This document shows positions 48,970-58,712 of a stretch of 64,000 nt of DNA, one piece after another. A program made the position numbers and the translations under genes. A model generated the notes under the pieces. It saw only the letters and a list, made by a program, of their open reading frames with translations, did not search any database and was not told the origin of the DNA. Numbering within the stretch: position 1 is the stretch's first letter; every line of letters begins with the position of its first letter. The stretch spans positions 2,080,001-2,144,000 of the forward strand of contig OZ246001.1 in the NCBI GenBank assembly GCA_965230295.1, given 5' to 3'. This DNA comes from Marinicella sp. (lineage in GTDB: Bacteria; Pseudomonadota; Gammaproteobacteria; Xanthomonadales; Marinicellaceae).

Positions 48970-49500
48970 ATGAAAAAACTGTTTATCCTTATCCTGCTGT
49001 TTGGTGCTGTTGCGAGTGCTACGGCCAAGTCAAAACAAGAAATCAACATCACGGCTGATGCCACCATAGAACGTTTTAAAAAAGAAGTGGTCGGTGGACA
49101 ACAATTCCTGGATCAGGCCACTGCCGTTTTGGTGTTTCCTCAGGTGTTAAAAGCCGGTCTTGGTATTGGTGGTGAGTATGGTGAAGGGGTTCTGCGCCAA
49201 GGCGGCAACAACTTGGCCTATTACAGCACCGCAGCTGCCTCGATAGGCTTCCAGGCAGGTGCCCAGTCAAAGTCTGTGGTGGTGGTTTTCATGACTCAAA
49301 ATGCATTGGATAACTTCCGCAGTAAGAAAGGCTGGAAGGCCGGTGTGGATGGCTCTGTGGCCGTGATTAAATGGGGCGTTGGTGAAGACATCAACACCCT
49401 GGACATCAAAGACCCGGTGGTGGGTTTTATCTTCAGTAACAAAGGTTTGATGTTTAATTTAACCTTGGAAGGTTCGAAGTTTACTGAGATCAAGCGATAA
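48970..49500 (+). CDS. Ysc84/SYLF lipid-binding domain protein, exported
   Basis: VFP.V.KAG.GIGG.YGEG, S.GFQAGAQ, FMT, GL....LEG.K. Confidence 0.85.
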   Translation: MKKLFILILLFGAVASATAKSKQEINITADATIERFKKEVVGGQQFLDQATAVLVFPQVLKAGLGIGGEYGEGVLRQGGNNLAYYSTAAASIGFQAGAQSKSVVVVFMTQNALDNFRSKKGWKAGVDGSVAVIKWGVGEDINTLDIKDPVVGFIFSNKGLMFNLTLEGSKFTEIKR

Positions 49501-49550
49501 GATGAGGTAAATATTAGCCACACAGACGCCAAGCGTGTTTGCTCCGCAAA

Positions 49551-49763
49551 CTGGATCCCGGATCGGAGTCTGGGATGACGATTCTTTCCGGTTCGAAGTT
49601 TACGCTTCAACAAGATCACTGTCATTGCGAGACTTCGAAGAAGTCGTGGCAATCTCCTGGTTCTTGGGTTGAGTTTTCAAAAATTTTACCTTTTAAAACG
49701 AGGACTGAAGTCCTGGCTCCGAAACATTTCAGGTCAAATCGATTGGGCTGAACTACACGCTCC
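49551..49763. repeat. Mosaic REP cluster
   Basis: CTGGATCCCGGATC...GGGATGACG at 49551; GTCATTGCGAG...GTGGCAATCTCC at 49621; AGGACTGAAGTCCTGGCTCC at 49701. Confidence 0.8.
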
Positions 49764-49949
49764 GATTTGTTTTTCGACTTCGTTTTTATAGACCTGGCCA
49801 CCCTTCATCACAAAGCCCACCTTTTCGAGGGGTTTGATGTTTGCCAAGGGGTTGTCTTTGGCAGCAATCAAGTAGGCTTTGGCCTTGATGGTAACGGTCA
49901 CTGCATGGGCCATTAAGCTGCAGAAAACAAAGCAAAACATTAACTTCAT
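49734..49949 (-). pseudogene. Internally deleted amidohydrolase remnant
   Basis: Signal peptide + IKAKAYL fused directly to the amidohydrolase C-terminal motif IAAKDNPL.NIK.LEKV.FVMKGG.VYK. Confidence 0.7.
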
Positions 49950-50085
49950 TGACTGTTATCCTTAATATTAGATTCTAGATTGTATCTGAGTAAGGGTATC
50001 CCTTGAGTGTTATCAACGGTCACATCATGGCTGAAATCTGATTGAGTTTGTTAGATAATAAGTGTCAATGAACTTCAGGAATCTC

Positions 50086-50634
50086 ATGAAATACCTCACT
50101 TTACTTTTCATTGTGTTCAGCTTTCATTCTCTGGCTGATGACTCAAACCAACCTTATTCAGGGTTGCTGCCTTTGGTAGGACATTGCTGGCAGGCCACTT
50201 TTCCAGATGGCAAGAAAATTGACACACACTGTTTTTCTTCGGTTTATGACGGTGCTTTCATCAAAGACCAACACGTGGTTTGTGGAGAAGGTGCTCCCTA
50301 TTATGGAGAAACCTGGTACAGCCATGATCAGACTTCAAAATCGGTTCAATACAGGTATTACAATTCATTGGGCGGGGTCAGTGATGGTTCTGTGAAATTC
50401 CAGGATAAGCGCTTGGTGTTTCCTGATGAACATTATGAGAACAATGGTCAGCAAATGACCTACCGAACCCATTGGGAGCTGTCAGAGGGGCAATACGTGT
50501 CAACCATGTGGCAAAAGGATGACTCCGTTGAAGGCGGCTGGAAAAAAGTTTGGCACATGTTGTTCAAACAGGTGGATTTGAGTCAGCAGAACGTGGTTCA
50601 GTTTAACCACCAGCACGTACTGCATTGCCATTAA
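50086..50634 (+). CDS. Exported hypothetical beta-barrel-like protein
   Basis: Signal peptide; LVGHCW...FPDG, Y.GET, YYNS.GG. Confidence 0.75.
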   Translation: MKYLTLLFIVFSFHSLADDSNQPYSGLLPLVGHCWQATFPDGKKIDTHCFSSVYDGAFIKDQHVVCGEGAPYYGETWYSHDQTSKSVQYRYYNSLGGVSDGSVKFQDKRLVFPDEHYENNGQQMTYRTHWELSEGQYVSTMWQKDDSVEGGWKKVWHMLFKQVDLSQQNVVQFNHQHVLHCH

Positions 50635-50638
50635 TGAC

Positions 50639-51004
50639 ATGCAGCTGATCACAGGGTTGGTGGTATTGGTTGTTTACGACCAGCTTGGTCGGTGGTTAAT
50701 GCGTTCACTTGAATGGCCCATCCCTGGTTCCGTAATGGGATTGTTATTGCTGTTATTAACACTGATGGTGGTCAAGCAACCACCCAAACCTGTGGTGCAG
50801 GCATCAGAGTGGCTGTTACGTCATTTGGCGTTCTTTTTCGTGCCTGCAGGTGTTGGCATCATGATGTTGTATGATTTGATTGCTGATGAATGGTTGGCAA
50901 TGTTGGTCAGCATGGTTGTCAGTACACTCATATCCTTGATGTTTACAGCATGGATGATGCAGTGGTTGATCAAGCAAGTTACAGGGCTGAAAGATGAGGC
51001 TTGA
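50639..51004 (+). CDS. CidA/LrgA holin-like protein
   Basis: PIPGSVMG, LAFFFVPAGVG. Confidence 0.9.
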   Translation: MQLITGLVVLVVYDQLGRWLMRSLEWPIPGSVMGLLLLLLTLMVVKQPPKPVVQASEWLLRHLAFFFVPAGVGIMMLYDLIADEWLAMLVSMVVSTLISLMFTAWMMQWLIKQVTGLKDEA

Positions 51005-51722
51005 GTGGTTAGAGGGGTGGCTTAAATGGCTGCCTGATAACCCGCTGTTGGGTCTGTTGCTAACTTTGGTGGTGTTTTATGCGGCCAATAAGCTCTATCA
51101 AAGATGTCAAAATTGGCCAGGTTTACATCCCGTGCTGATCAGCCTATTGGTGATCATGGGCTTGTTGTTGTGGTTGCAGATCGATTATTCGGATTACATG
51201 TCTGGTGGGCAGTTGATCCATTTCTTTTTGGGGCCGGCCACAGTGGCTTTGGCCTGGCCTTTATATCAAAATCTGCAGACCATCAAAAAACTCATGTTAC
51301 CCATCATTGCCTCAGTCAGTTTTGGTATCTTGATGGGGGCCACCGTTGCCATATACCTGGCAAAATGGTTTGACGCCAGTTTATTGACTCAGTTGTCATT
51401 GGCACCCAAGTCTGTGACCACACCAGTGGCGGTTGTGGTGGCTGAACAATTGGGTGCATACCCCTCTTTGACGGCTGGTTTTGTGATCATCACCGGCGTA
51501 CTTGGTGCCATGTTTGGTGCACAGGTTTTTCGTTGGATGGGTACCGATGATCCAAGGGTGATGGGGGTGGCCATGGGTGTTTCCGCACACGGTGTGGGTA
51601 CCGCCAAAGCCTGGCAACTGGATCACACCATGGGTGCCTACTCAGGATTGTCCATGACATCAGCAGCTGTGTTGGTGGCCTTTGTATTACCGCCGTGGTT
51701 ACAGTTACTGGGCATTTTATAG
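50994..51722 (+). CDS. LrgB/CidB family protein
   Basis: LGPATVALA.PLY, SLAPKSVTTP, G..AHG.GTA. Confidence 0.92.
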   Translation: MRLEWLEGWLKWLPDNPLLGLLLTLVVFYAANKLYQRCQNWPGLHPVLISLLVIMGLLLWLQIDYSDYMSGGQLIHFFLGPATVALAWPLYQNLQTIKKLMLPIIASVSFGILMGATVAIYLAKWFDASLLTQLSLAPKSVTTPVAVVVAEQLGAYPSLTAGFVIITGVLGAMFGAQVFRWMGTDDPRVMGVAMGVSAHGVGTAKAWQLDHTMGAYSGLSMTSAAVLVAFVLPPWLQLLGIL

Positions 51723-51797
51723 AGTCTCTTTCGTAGTTTTGCTTTACAGCCTGAAAGGATGGGTGCTACAATTTTTTAATTGACAGCGGTGTGGCGC

Positions 51798-52979
51798 ATG
51801 AATGAACAAAACATAAGAAAACGCATCGAATCCTTAGATGTCTTGCGTGGCTTGGTCATCATCTTGATGGCGGTTGATCATGTCAGGGATTTCTGGTCCC
51901 TGGAAGCCTTTCGACCGGAAGATTTAACCCAAACCACACCGGAGTATTTTTTCACCCGTTGGATCACTCATTTTTGTGCCCCCATCTTTGTGTTTTTGGC
52001 TGGTACGGCTGCCTTTTTATACCAAACGAAAATCAATGACAAGGCCAAATTAAGTCAGTTCTTATTGAGTCGTGGGCTTTGGTTGATCTTGATCGAAGTG
52101 GTCGTGATCAACTCCAGTTGGTCGTTGGGGTTCTTTTTAACCAGCTGGGGATTCTTTTTACAAGTTATTTGGGCCATTGGGGTGTCGATGATTGTGTTGG
52201 CAGCATTGGTTTGGTTGTCAGATACCATGATTTTGATCATTTCACTGTTGATGATATTTGGTCACAATGCATTTGATTTCATCGTGCCTGCTGATTTTGG
52301 ATCTTTGTCATGGATATGGACCATTTTGCATGAAGGTGGTTGGGTTGCCTTGAATGCAAAGGGCAATTGGGGCATGTACATTGCTTATCCTTTGATTCCC
52401 TGGATTGGGGTGATGGGAGCCGGCTATGTGTTTGGAAACATCATGTTGCAGACAGCAGAGAAACGCACCACCTGGCTTTATCGTTTAGGGCTTACTGCCT
52501 TGATCCTGTTTGTGTTGCTGCGTTTCAGTAACCTCTATGGTGATGCGACTGACTGGGAAACTCAGAAGAACACTTTGTATACGTTCATGTCCTTCATCAA
52601 CACTGAAAAATACCCACCCTCGCTGTTGTTTTTGCTGATGACTTTGGGACCGGCTTTCTTGTTGTTGATCTTGTTTGAGAAAAAAACATGGGGTTGGCTG
52701 GGTTTTCTGAAGGTGTTTGGGCGGGTGCCTTTTTTCTTTTATGTACTGCACTTCATCGTCATTCATTTGAGCTCAATGCTGTACTTCAAACTGGTCTATG
52801 GTCAGTGGTTTGATTTGGCCAACAACCAAAGTGCTAAAAACTGGCCTGACTTTTATCAACCGTCCATTCTCAGGCTTTATTTGGCTTGGGCTGGCACTGT
52901 GGTGGTGTTCTATTTTCTGTGTCGCTGGTATGACCGCTATAAATCAACTCACAAGCAATGGTGGCTGAAGTTTTTGTGA
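51798..52979 (+). CDS. DUF1624 / heparan-alpha-glucosaminide N-acetyltransferase-like membrane protein
   Basis: RIESLDVLRG, DHVRD, TRWITHFCAP, YP.IPW, KYPPSL, FFYVLH. Confidence 0.88.
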   Translation: MNEQNIRKRIESLDVLRGLVIILMAVDHVRDFWSLEAFRPEDLTQTTPEYFFTRWITHFCAPIFVFLAGTAAFLYQTKINDKAKLSQFLLSRGLWLILIEVVVINSSWSLGFFLTSWGFFLQVIWAIGVSMIVLAALVWLSDTMILIISLLMIFGHNAFDFIVPADFGSLSWIWTILHEGGWVALNAKGNWGMYIAYPLIPWIGVMGAGYVFGNIMLQTAEKRTTWLYRLGLTALILFVLLRFSNLYGDATDWETQKNTLYTFMSFINTEKYPPSLLFLLMTLGPAFLLLILFEKKTWGWLGFLKVFGRVPFFFYVLHFIVIHLSSMLYFKLVYGQWFDLANNQSAKNWPDFYQPSILRLYLAWAGTVVVFYFLCRWYDRYKSTHKQWWLKFL

Positions 52980-52988
52980 TTGGTTTTA

Positions 52989-53202
52989 TAGAGCATTGAC
53001 TTCAGTCAACGTATTTTCTGGTGCATAATGAGACAACAAAATACGTGAACTAACGTCCCTGATCTACAGTCATTGCGAGCGAAGCGTGGCAATCTCCAAA
53101 AGCTTTTGAGTTCAATCCAATAACAAGATTTCCGACCACATGATGGGATTGCCACAGCCTGCACTCAACTTGATTGGGTGTCGCTATGCTCCTCGCAATG
53201 AC
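52989..53202. repeat. Mosaic REP cluster with 24-nt insert
   Basis: TTGACTTCAGTCAA at 52996; GTCATTGCGAGCGAAGCGTGGCAATCTCC at 53069 paired with 53145-53202. Confidence 0.85.
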
Positions 53203-53224
53203 AATTTTTCATTTCGACAGAGAA

Positions 53225-54289
53225 CTACTCCACAGCAGAATGCGTAAACGGTGTGGCCAAAGTCAGGCCATGCTCTTTTTGTAGGTCAAAAGCTGCGCGG
53301 TTGAGTGCGAAGCGGGCTTGTTTGATGCGGTAGACTGATTCAACCCGGTAATTCAAACGCCACAAAATGGCATGATCGCCCGGGTTGGCCAACACCAAAC
53401 GGGGTGTTTTTTCTTCATCCAACTGTTTTTCCATTTCACAGGCTTTGGCCCAGACGGCTTGGACAAACGTTTCTACCTGTTCTGAGGGTGTATCATAACC
53501 AATGTTGAACTCAACATAATCGTTCCAGTAGGGTGAATCTACTTTGTTCAAAACTTCAACTGGTACGGCACGAATCTTTGAATTGGCCACGATGATGTTG
53601 TGCTTTTGGATCACATCGTGGAAGGTGGTTTCAGTCAGCGACATCCTGCGAACCACGCCCAAGATATCCATGGATTTGATGCGACAGACCACACCAGGGG
53701 CGATTTCTCCTTGGTGGAGCATGATTAAACCGCTGACCGCATCATGGGCCCAAGCTTCTTTGGTGCCAAACAAAATCACCAAAATACCACCAATCACTCC
53801 GGTGGCTTGTAACCATGAGGTGACTTGCCAGATGTTGATCAACAGCAACAGCGAAACCGCGATGGTGATCAACAAAATGATGATGTAGCCCATCTCAGAT
53901 TGATAGGTTCGGGTTTTGGTTTCCTTGCCATCAATGGTGCGCTCTTTGCCGTACTTCTTGATGGTCCAAGAGTGCGAGAACTGAGTGAATAAATAACCCA
54001 AGAGGAACACCAGGCCGGTTTGAGATACGCGCACAAAAAATTCACTGTGCTCCACATCGGTTTTAAAGATGACGTAGTTCCACAACCAGTCAAACAAATA
54101 AATAGATAACAACAGGATGTTCATCAGACGCAACAACCTGGCGCGTTTTTTGTTTAAGACATCTGATCCCGATGGAACAATTTTCTTAAACAAGAAACCG
54201 GCAATGAAAAACAAACTGAAATTCAATACCACAGCCACTTTGCCAAATACAGACAAAGTGAGGAAATAAGTGGCCAGTGAATCAATCAT
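53225..54289 (-). CDS. MscS-family mechanosensitive channel
   Basis: TM region, G.V....L..T, N.K, IGY, LATP. Confidence 0.8.
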   Translation of the reverse strand: MIDSLATYFLTLSVFGKVAVVLNFSLFFIAGFLFKKIVPSGSDVLNKKRARLLRLMNILLLSIYLFDWLWNYVIFKTDVEHSEFFVRVSQTGLVFLLGYLFTQFSHSWTIKKYGKERTIDGKETKTRTYQSEMGYIIILLITIAVSLLLLINIWQVTSWLQATGVIGGILVILFGTKEAWAHDAVSGLIMLHQGEIAPGVVCRIKSMDILGVVRRMSLTETTFHDVIQKHNIIVANSKIRAVPVEVLNKVDSPYWNDYVEFNIGYDTPSEQVETFVQAVWAKACEMEKQLDEEKTPRLVLANPGDHAILWRLNYRVESVYRIKQARFALNRAAFDLQKEHGLTLATPFTHSAVE

Positions 54290-55371
54290 TGTTTAACGAC
54301 ATGTATGTTGTGTTGAGTTAATTCAGAAAAAATAGGGTCAAACCAGGATTTATTCTGACCTATGATTTCCGGAGGCAAAACACCTTTAGGCAAGTCATCA
54401 TGAGACAACATCAGACGCACCCCGGCCGCACAGGTATAACCTGTGGTGCGGGCCATTGATGAGACATTGTTGGTGTGGTCATAATGATCGATCAATTGGA
54501 ATGTTTCTGCTATGGGTTGGCCATTTTTAGAACCTGATGCCGATATTTCCATCACCGTTAAGTCCGGTTCATTTTCGCCAAATTGCCATTGTTCTAACAA
54601 CACCTTGGCTGTGGCATCACGGTGTTCAGGTTTAAAGAATCCAGCATCCAGAAGCTGTTGGATTAAGCCGGCATGTCCATTGTATCTTACGGTTTTCTCA
54701 GCCATGGTAGGGATGTTGACGGTTTGTAACAACGATCTGAGGCCATCTGTATTAAAGGCTTCCATGTGACCCACACCTTTGAAATAGAGTGACTCAATTT
54801 CACTCATGGCTGGTAATATGATGTCTTTGCCATCGCGTCGCATTCTGGCAGGACGGGTGTATTCTTCAATCACATCCAATGGTGCAAAGGGTGCTTTGTA
54901 CTCAAATGGTTTCAATCGCTCAACGGGTACTCCACCCACTTTACAAGCAAAGGCATCAACTTGATCATACTGATCAACAAAATGTCCGGCATATAAGTTT
55001 GAAATACCAGGTGCCAAGCCAAAATCTACCAGCGCAGTGACGTCGTTTTGTTGTGCCAACTCATTCAGGGCCAAAGCATCTTCGGCGAAAAAAGAAATGT
55101 CTACGATGTTCTTTTTCAGTTCGATCAAAGCCCGCAATCGGTCAAAGCCTAACAAACTGGGTAGGGCGCCGACCACCACATCAAAAGGTTCAACCAATGA
55201 TGTCAGTGCGTGATCATCACAGGCATTGGCAGCCACCAATTGGCAATCTCCTCGAAGGTGTGACAAATGGTCGATGCTTAAATCAGCCAAAGTCACTTCG
55301 TGGTCAACGCTCAAATTTTTTGCGATGGCTGCACCGATGCGACCACCACCCAATACCAATACTTTTTTCAT
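54286..55371 (-). CDS. Saccharopine dehydrogenase / lysine 6-dehydrogenase family
   Basis: VLGGGRIG, VDISF, D.GLAPG.SN, VGG.P, EEYTRPA, EKTVRY, MARTTGY. Confidence 0.88.
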   Translation of the reverse strand: MKKVLVLGGGRIGAAIAKNLSVDHEVTLADLSIDHLSHLRGDCQLVAANACDDHALTSLVEPFDVVVGALPSLLGFDRLRALIELKKNIVDISFFAEDALALNELAQQNDVTALVDFGLAPGISNLYAGHFVDQYDQVDAFACKVGGVPVERLKPFEYKAPFAPLDVIEEYTRPARMRRDGKDIILPAMSEIESLYFKGVGHMEAFNTDGLRSLLQTVNIPTMAEKTVRYNGHAGLIQQLLDAGFFKPEHRDATAKVLLEQWQFGENEPDLTVMEISASGSKNGQPIAETFQLIDHYDHTNNVSSMARTTGYTCAAGVRLMLSHDDLPKGVLPPEIIGQNKSWFDPIFSELTQHNIHVVKQ

Positions 55372-55850
55372 GTACTCCAGCTCACTACAACCATTAACAC
55401 AGCCCAGGCAAACAGGCCGGCAATCACATCATCAATCATGATACCAAACCCACCTTTGACTTTCTTATCCAACCATTTTATCGGAAATGGCTTAACGATA
55501 TCAAAAAACCTGAACAACACAAAACCCAGCAACACCCAGTACCATTGATTGGGGATCAAAAACAGCGTCAGCCACAGGCCCACAAATTCATCCCAGACAA
55601 TGCCACCATGATCATGAACACCCAGATTTTGACTGGCTTGTTCACACAGGTAAATACCCAACACAAAGGTAACCACCAACACCATCAAGTAAAAAGGCCA
55701 AGTCAACAAGGCCATCAGGTAATAAATAGGAACGGCAGCCAAGGTACCAAATGTGCCAGGTGCAAAAGGTGCCAAACCACTGCCAAAGCCAAAAGCCAAA
55801 AAGCCAGTGGGGGTTTTCAATGCCACATCAAGGGTGGAGGTCTTCTTCAT
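55368..55850 (-). CDS. pgpA: Phosphatidylglycerophosphatase A
   Basis: GFGSGL...APGTFGT, HDHGGIVWDE, FRFFDI.KP.PI, GIMIDD. Confidence 0.96.
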   Translation of the reverse strand: MKKTSTLDVALKTPTGFLAFGFGSGLAPFAPGTFGTLAAVPIYYLMALLTWPFYLMVLVVTFVLGIYLCEQASQNLGVHDHGGIVWDEFVGLWLTLFLIPNQWYWVLLGFVLFRFFDIVKPFPIKWLDKKVKGGFGIMIDDVIAGLFAWAVLMVVVSWST

Positions 55851-56770
55851 CTCTTTTTCTCAAAATGTTCAAAACCAGAAAAACCAGTTTCTATGGGTTG
55901 ATGGTGATGCAACACCACCACCTGGCCAGTCTGGTTTGGGTTGGCTTCAATGATTTGTCCTATGATGTGACACCCTTCTGGCAACAGCTCTTCATCATCC
56001 AAGTTGATGGTGAAACACAGTTGATAATCATCGCCACCTGCCAAGACATACTGCATCCAGTTATCGTCACTTTTGATGATTGGGTTGATCGGGATTTGAG
56101 CCAATTCAATGACAGCTGCCACCTCACTGGCCGCACAAATATGAGACAGGTCAGCCAATAAACCATCTGAGACATCAATCATGGCATGGGTGAAACCTTT
56201 AACTTGTTCTGAGACATCTAATCGAGGTTCGGGTTTCTTCAGCTGTAAATTACAAGCCTTGTTTCTTTTTGGGTGTTGTAGCGCAAAGGCAGCAGCACCT
56301 AAATCGCCACTGATGACAACCAAATCACCTATCCTTGCTCCACTGCGACAGATGGCCTCGCTGGTTTCACCGATGGCTGTGACCGTAATAGACAGGGGGC
56401 CTTGGGTGGTGTCACCACCGATCAATTGGACTCGATGTTTTGCCAGCAGTTGTGAAAATCCTTTGATGAAACCATTGATCCATGGTTTTTTAATTTCAGG
56501 CAAAGTCAGGTTCAACAAGACCCATTTTGGGGTTGCTCCCATGGCAGCCAGGTCACTCAAGTTGACCGCCAAGGCTTTGTGCCCAATCGAATCGGCTGAA
56601 TCTGAGGCTTTAAAGTGTACACCAGCCACCAGTGTGTCAGTTGATACCACCAGCTGTTTTTGCGGATCAGGTTGGATGATGGCTGCATCATCGCCAATGC
56701 CCAACACCGTCCCTGTAGTTTGGCTGGTGCATTGTTTTCGGACTTGTTGAATCAGATCAAATTCTTTGAT
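55847..56770 (-). CDS. thiL: Thiamine-monophosphate kinase; probable non-canonical ATC start
   Basis: (I/M)KEFDLI, GIGDDAA, AVNLSDLAAMGA, GGDT, DVSDGL, GGDDY. Confidence 0.93.
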   Translation of the reverse strand: MKEFDLIQQVRKQCTSQTTGTVLGIGDDAAIIQPDPQKQLVVSTDTLVAGVHFKASDSADSIGHKALAVNLSDLAAMGATPKWVLLNLTLPEIKKPWINGFIKGFSQLLAKHRVQLIGGDTTQGPLSITVTAIGETSEAICRSGARIGDLVVISGDLGAAAFALQHPKRNKACNLQLKKPEPRLDVSEQVKGFTHAMIDVSDGLLADLSHICAASEVAAVIELAQIPINPIIKSDDNWMQYVLAGGDDYQLCFTINLDDEELLPEGCHIIGQIIEANPNQTGQVVVLHHHQPIETGFSGFEHFEKKR

Positions 56771-56790
56771 GAGATCACCGCTTAAACAGG

Positions 56791-57267
56791 TTAATCACAT
56801 TCGCCGGAGTCAGCTGCCATTTCAATCTTTCGTGTAGCAGCAGCCACATGGGTCAAAACCCCATTGACAAAAATATGCCCGCCTTCTGCACCAAATTCGG
56901 TGGCCATCAATATGGCTTCGTTGATCACGACCTTGAATGGCGTTTCCGGGTGGTTCAACAATTCATAAGTGGCCATGGTCAGGACTGCATACTCAACGGC
57001 ACCCAGAGAAGATTTTTCTCTTCCCAAATGTGGGTCAATGTGTGCTTCAATTTCATCTTTGTTGGTTTCAATGTAACGCAAAGCAGATTTAAAAAACTCG
57101 GTATCAACTTTTTTAAAGTCCTGCTCTTCCAAGAATTGATCAATCACAACCCGTGCGGTCATGTCGTTGTAATGCATTTGGTACAAAGCTTGTACCAGGC
57201 GTTTGCGTGCCCGATGCTTCCTGGCCAATGGCTCGGGGAGTCTTTTGTTTTTTTTGTGTTCATTCAT
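56791..57267 (-). CDS. nusB: Transcription antitermination factor NusB
   Basis: RARKRLVQALYQ, V.INEA, FVNGVL. Confidence 0.95.
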   Translation of the reverse strand: MNEHKKNKRLPEPLARKHRARKRLVQALYQMHYNDMTARVVIDQFLEEQDFKKVDTEFFKSALRYIETNKDEIEAHIDPHLGREKSSLGAVEYAVLTMATYELLNHPETPFKVVINEAILMATEFGAEGGHIFVNGVLTHVAAATRKIEMAADSGECD

Positions 57268-57287
57268 TGAATTGGCTCGCTTGGTGT

Positions 57288-58541
57288 TCAGCCGTAAACC
57301 GGAAATTGACGACACAATTCAGTGACCTGTGCTTTGACCTGATTCACCACGTCATCATTTTCCATGTCATCAAGGATATCACACATCCAATGGGTCATGT
57401 TCGAGAATTCGGCTGTCCCGAAGCCACGGGTTGTGCCCGCAGGTGTGCCTAATCGCAACCCTGATGTAACAAATGGTGATTTCGGGTCATTGGGAACCGA
57501 GTTCTTATTGACCGTAATATGGGCCTCACCCAGGCGTGCTTCGGCATCTTTACCGGTGATGTCTTTGTCCACCAGATCCAGCAAGAACAAATGATTTTCA
57601 GTGCCACCTGAGACTACATTGTAACCACGTTCCAAAAATACTTTGGCCATCACTTGGGCATTATCAACCACTTGTTGTTGGTACGTTTTGAAGGCGGGGT
57701 CCAGGGCTTCTTTGAAAGCCACGGCTTTGGCCGCTATCACATGCATCAAAGGACCGCCCTGGATACCAGGGAAAACCAAAGAGTTGAGTTTCTTTTCAAT
57801 TTCCGGGTTTGACTTGGCCAGGATGATGCCGCCCCTGGGACCACGCAACGTTTTGTGGGTGGTTGAGGTGGTGACATCAGCAATGTTGACTGGAGAAGGG
57901 TAGACATCAGCAGCTATCAAACCAGCGACATGTGCCATGTCCACCATAAAATAAGCACCCACTTCATCAGCAATGTCACGGAACTGTTGCCAGTCAATGC
58001 GTTTGGAATAGGCCGAGAAACCGCCGATGATCATTTTAGGCTGGTGTTCCTGTGCCAGTCTTCTGACTTCTGCAAAATCAATTTCGCCGGTTTCATCATC
58101 AATGCCATATTGAACGGCGTTGAACAGTTTGCCTGATACATTCACTTTGGCACCATGGGTTAAATGACCGCCATGTGCCAGTGACATCCCGAGGATGGTG
58201 TCGCCAGGCTGTAACAGGGCCAAGAATACGGCCTGATTGGCTTGAGATCCAGAATGTGGTTGGACATTGGCGTAATCGGCATTGAACAGTTGCTTGACTC
58301 GAGCAATGGCCAATTCTTCGGCCACATCCACGTGTTCGCAACCACCATAGTAGCGTTTGCCGGGATAACCTTCTGCATATTTATTGGTCATTTGTGAACC
58401 TTGGGCCTCCATCACCGCCGGTGAGGTGTAGTTTTCCGAGGCAATCAATTCGATGTGGTCTTCCTGACGCTGGTTTTCTGCTTCGATGGCAGCTTGCAAT
58501 TCAGGATCAACTTGAGCGATTTTTTTGGTTTTATCAAACAT
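57288..58541 (-). CDS. glyA: Serine hydroxymethyltransferase
   Basis: [38 protein letters not shown]. Confidence 0.98.
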   Translation of the reverse strand: MFDKTKKIAQVDPELQAAIEAENQRQEDHIELIASENYTSPAVMEAQGSQMTNKYAEGYPGKRYYGGCEHVDVAEELAIARVKQLFNADYANVQPHSGSQANQAVFLALLQPGDTILGMSLAHGGHLTHGAKVNVSGKLFNAVQYGIDDETGEIDFAEVRRLAQEHQPKMIIGGFSAYSKRIDWQQFRDIADEVGAYFMVDMAHVAGLIAADVYPSPVNIADVTTSTTHKTLRGPRGGIILAKSNPEIEKKLNSLVFPGIQGGPLMHVIAAKAVAFKEALDPAFKTYQQQVVDNAQVMAKVFLERGYNVVSGGTENHLFLLDLVDKDITGKDAEARLGEAHITVNKNSVPNDPKSPFVTSGLRLGTPAGTTRGFGTAEFSNMTHWMCDILDDMENDDVVNQVKAQVTELCRQFPVYG

Positions 58542-58712
58542 AATGTTCAGTTACGTATTGTGGCGAAAAAAGCGGTATTTTACCTTAGGTGAACAGGGTG
58601 TGACGTGCTTAGTGAGTCAAAAATTGATAATTATTCGTGATATCACACAGCACAACACCAATGACAGGCTAACTATATGACCAAATGGGATCGACCATTA
58701 AGGTAAAAAAAG

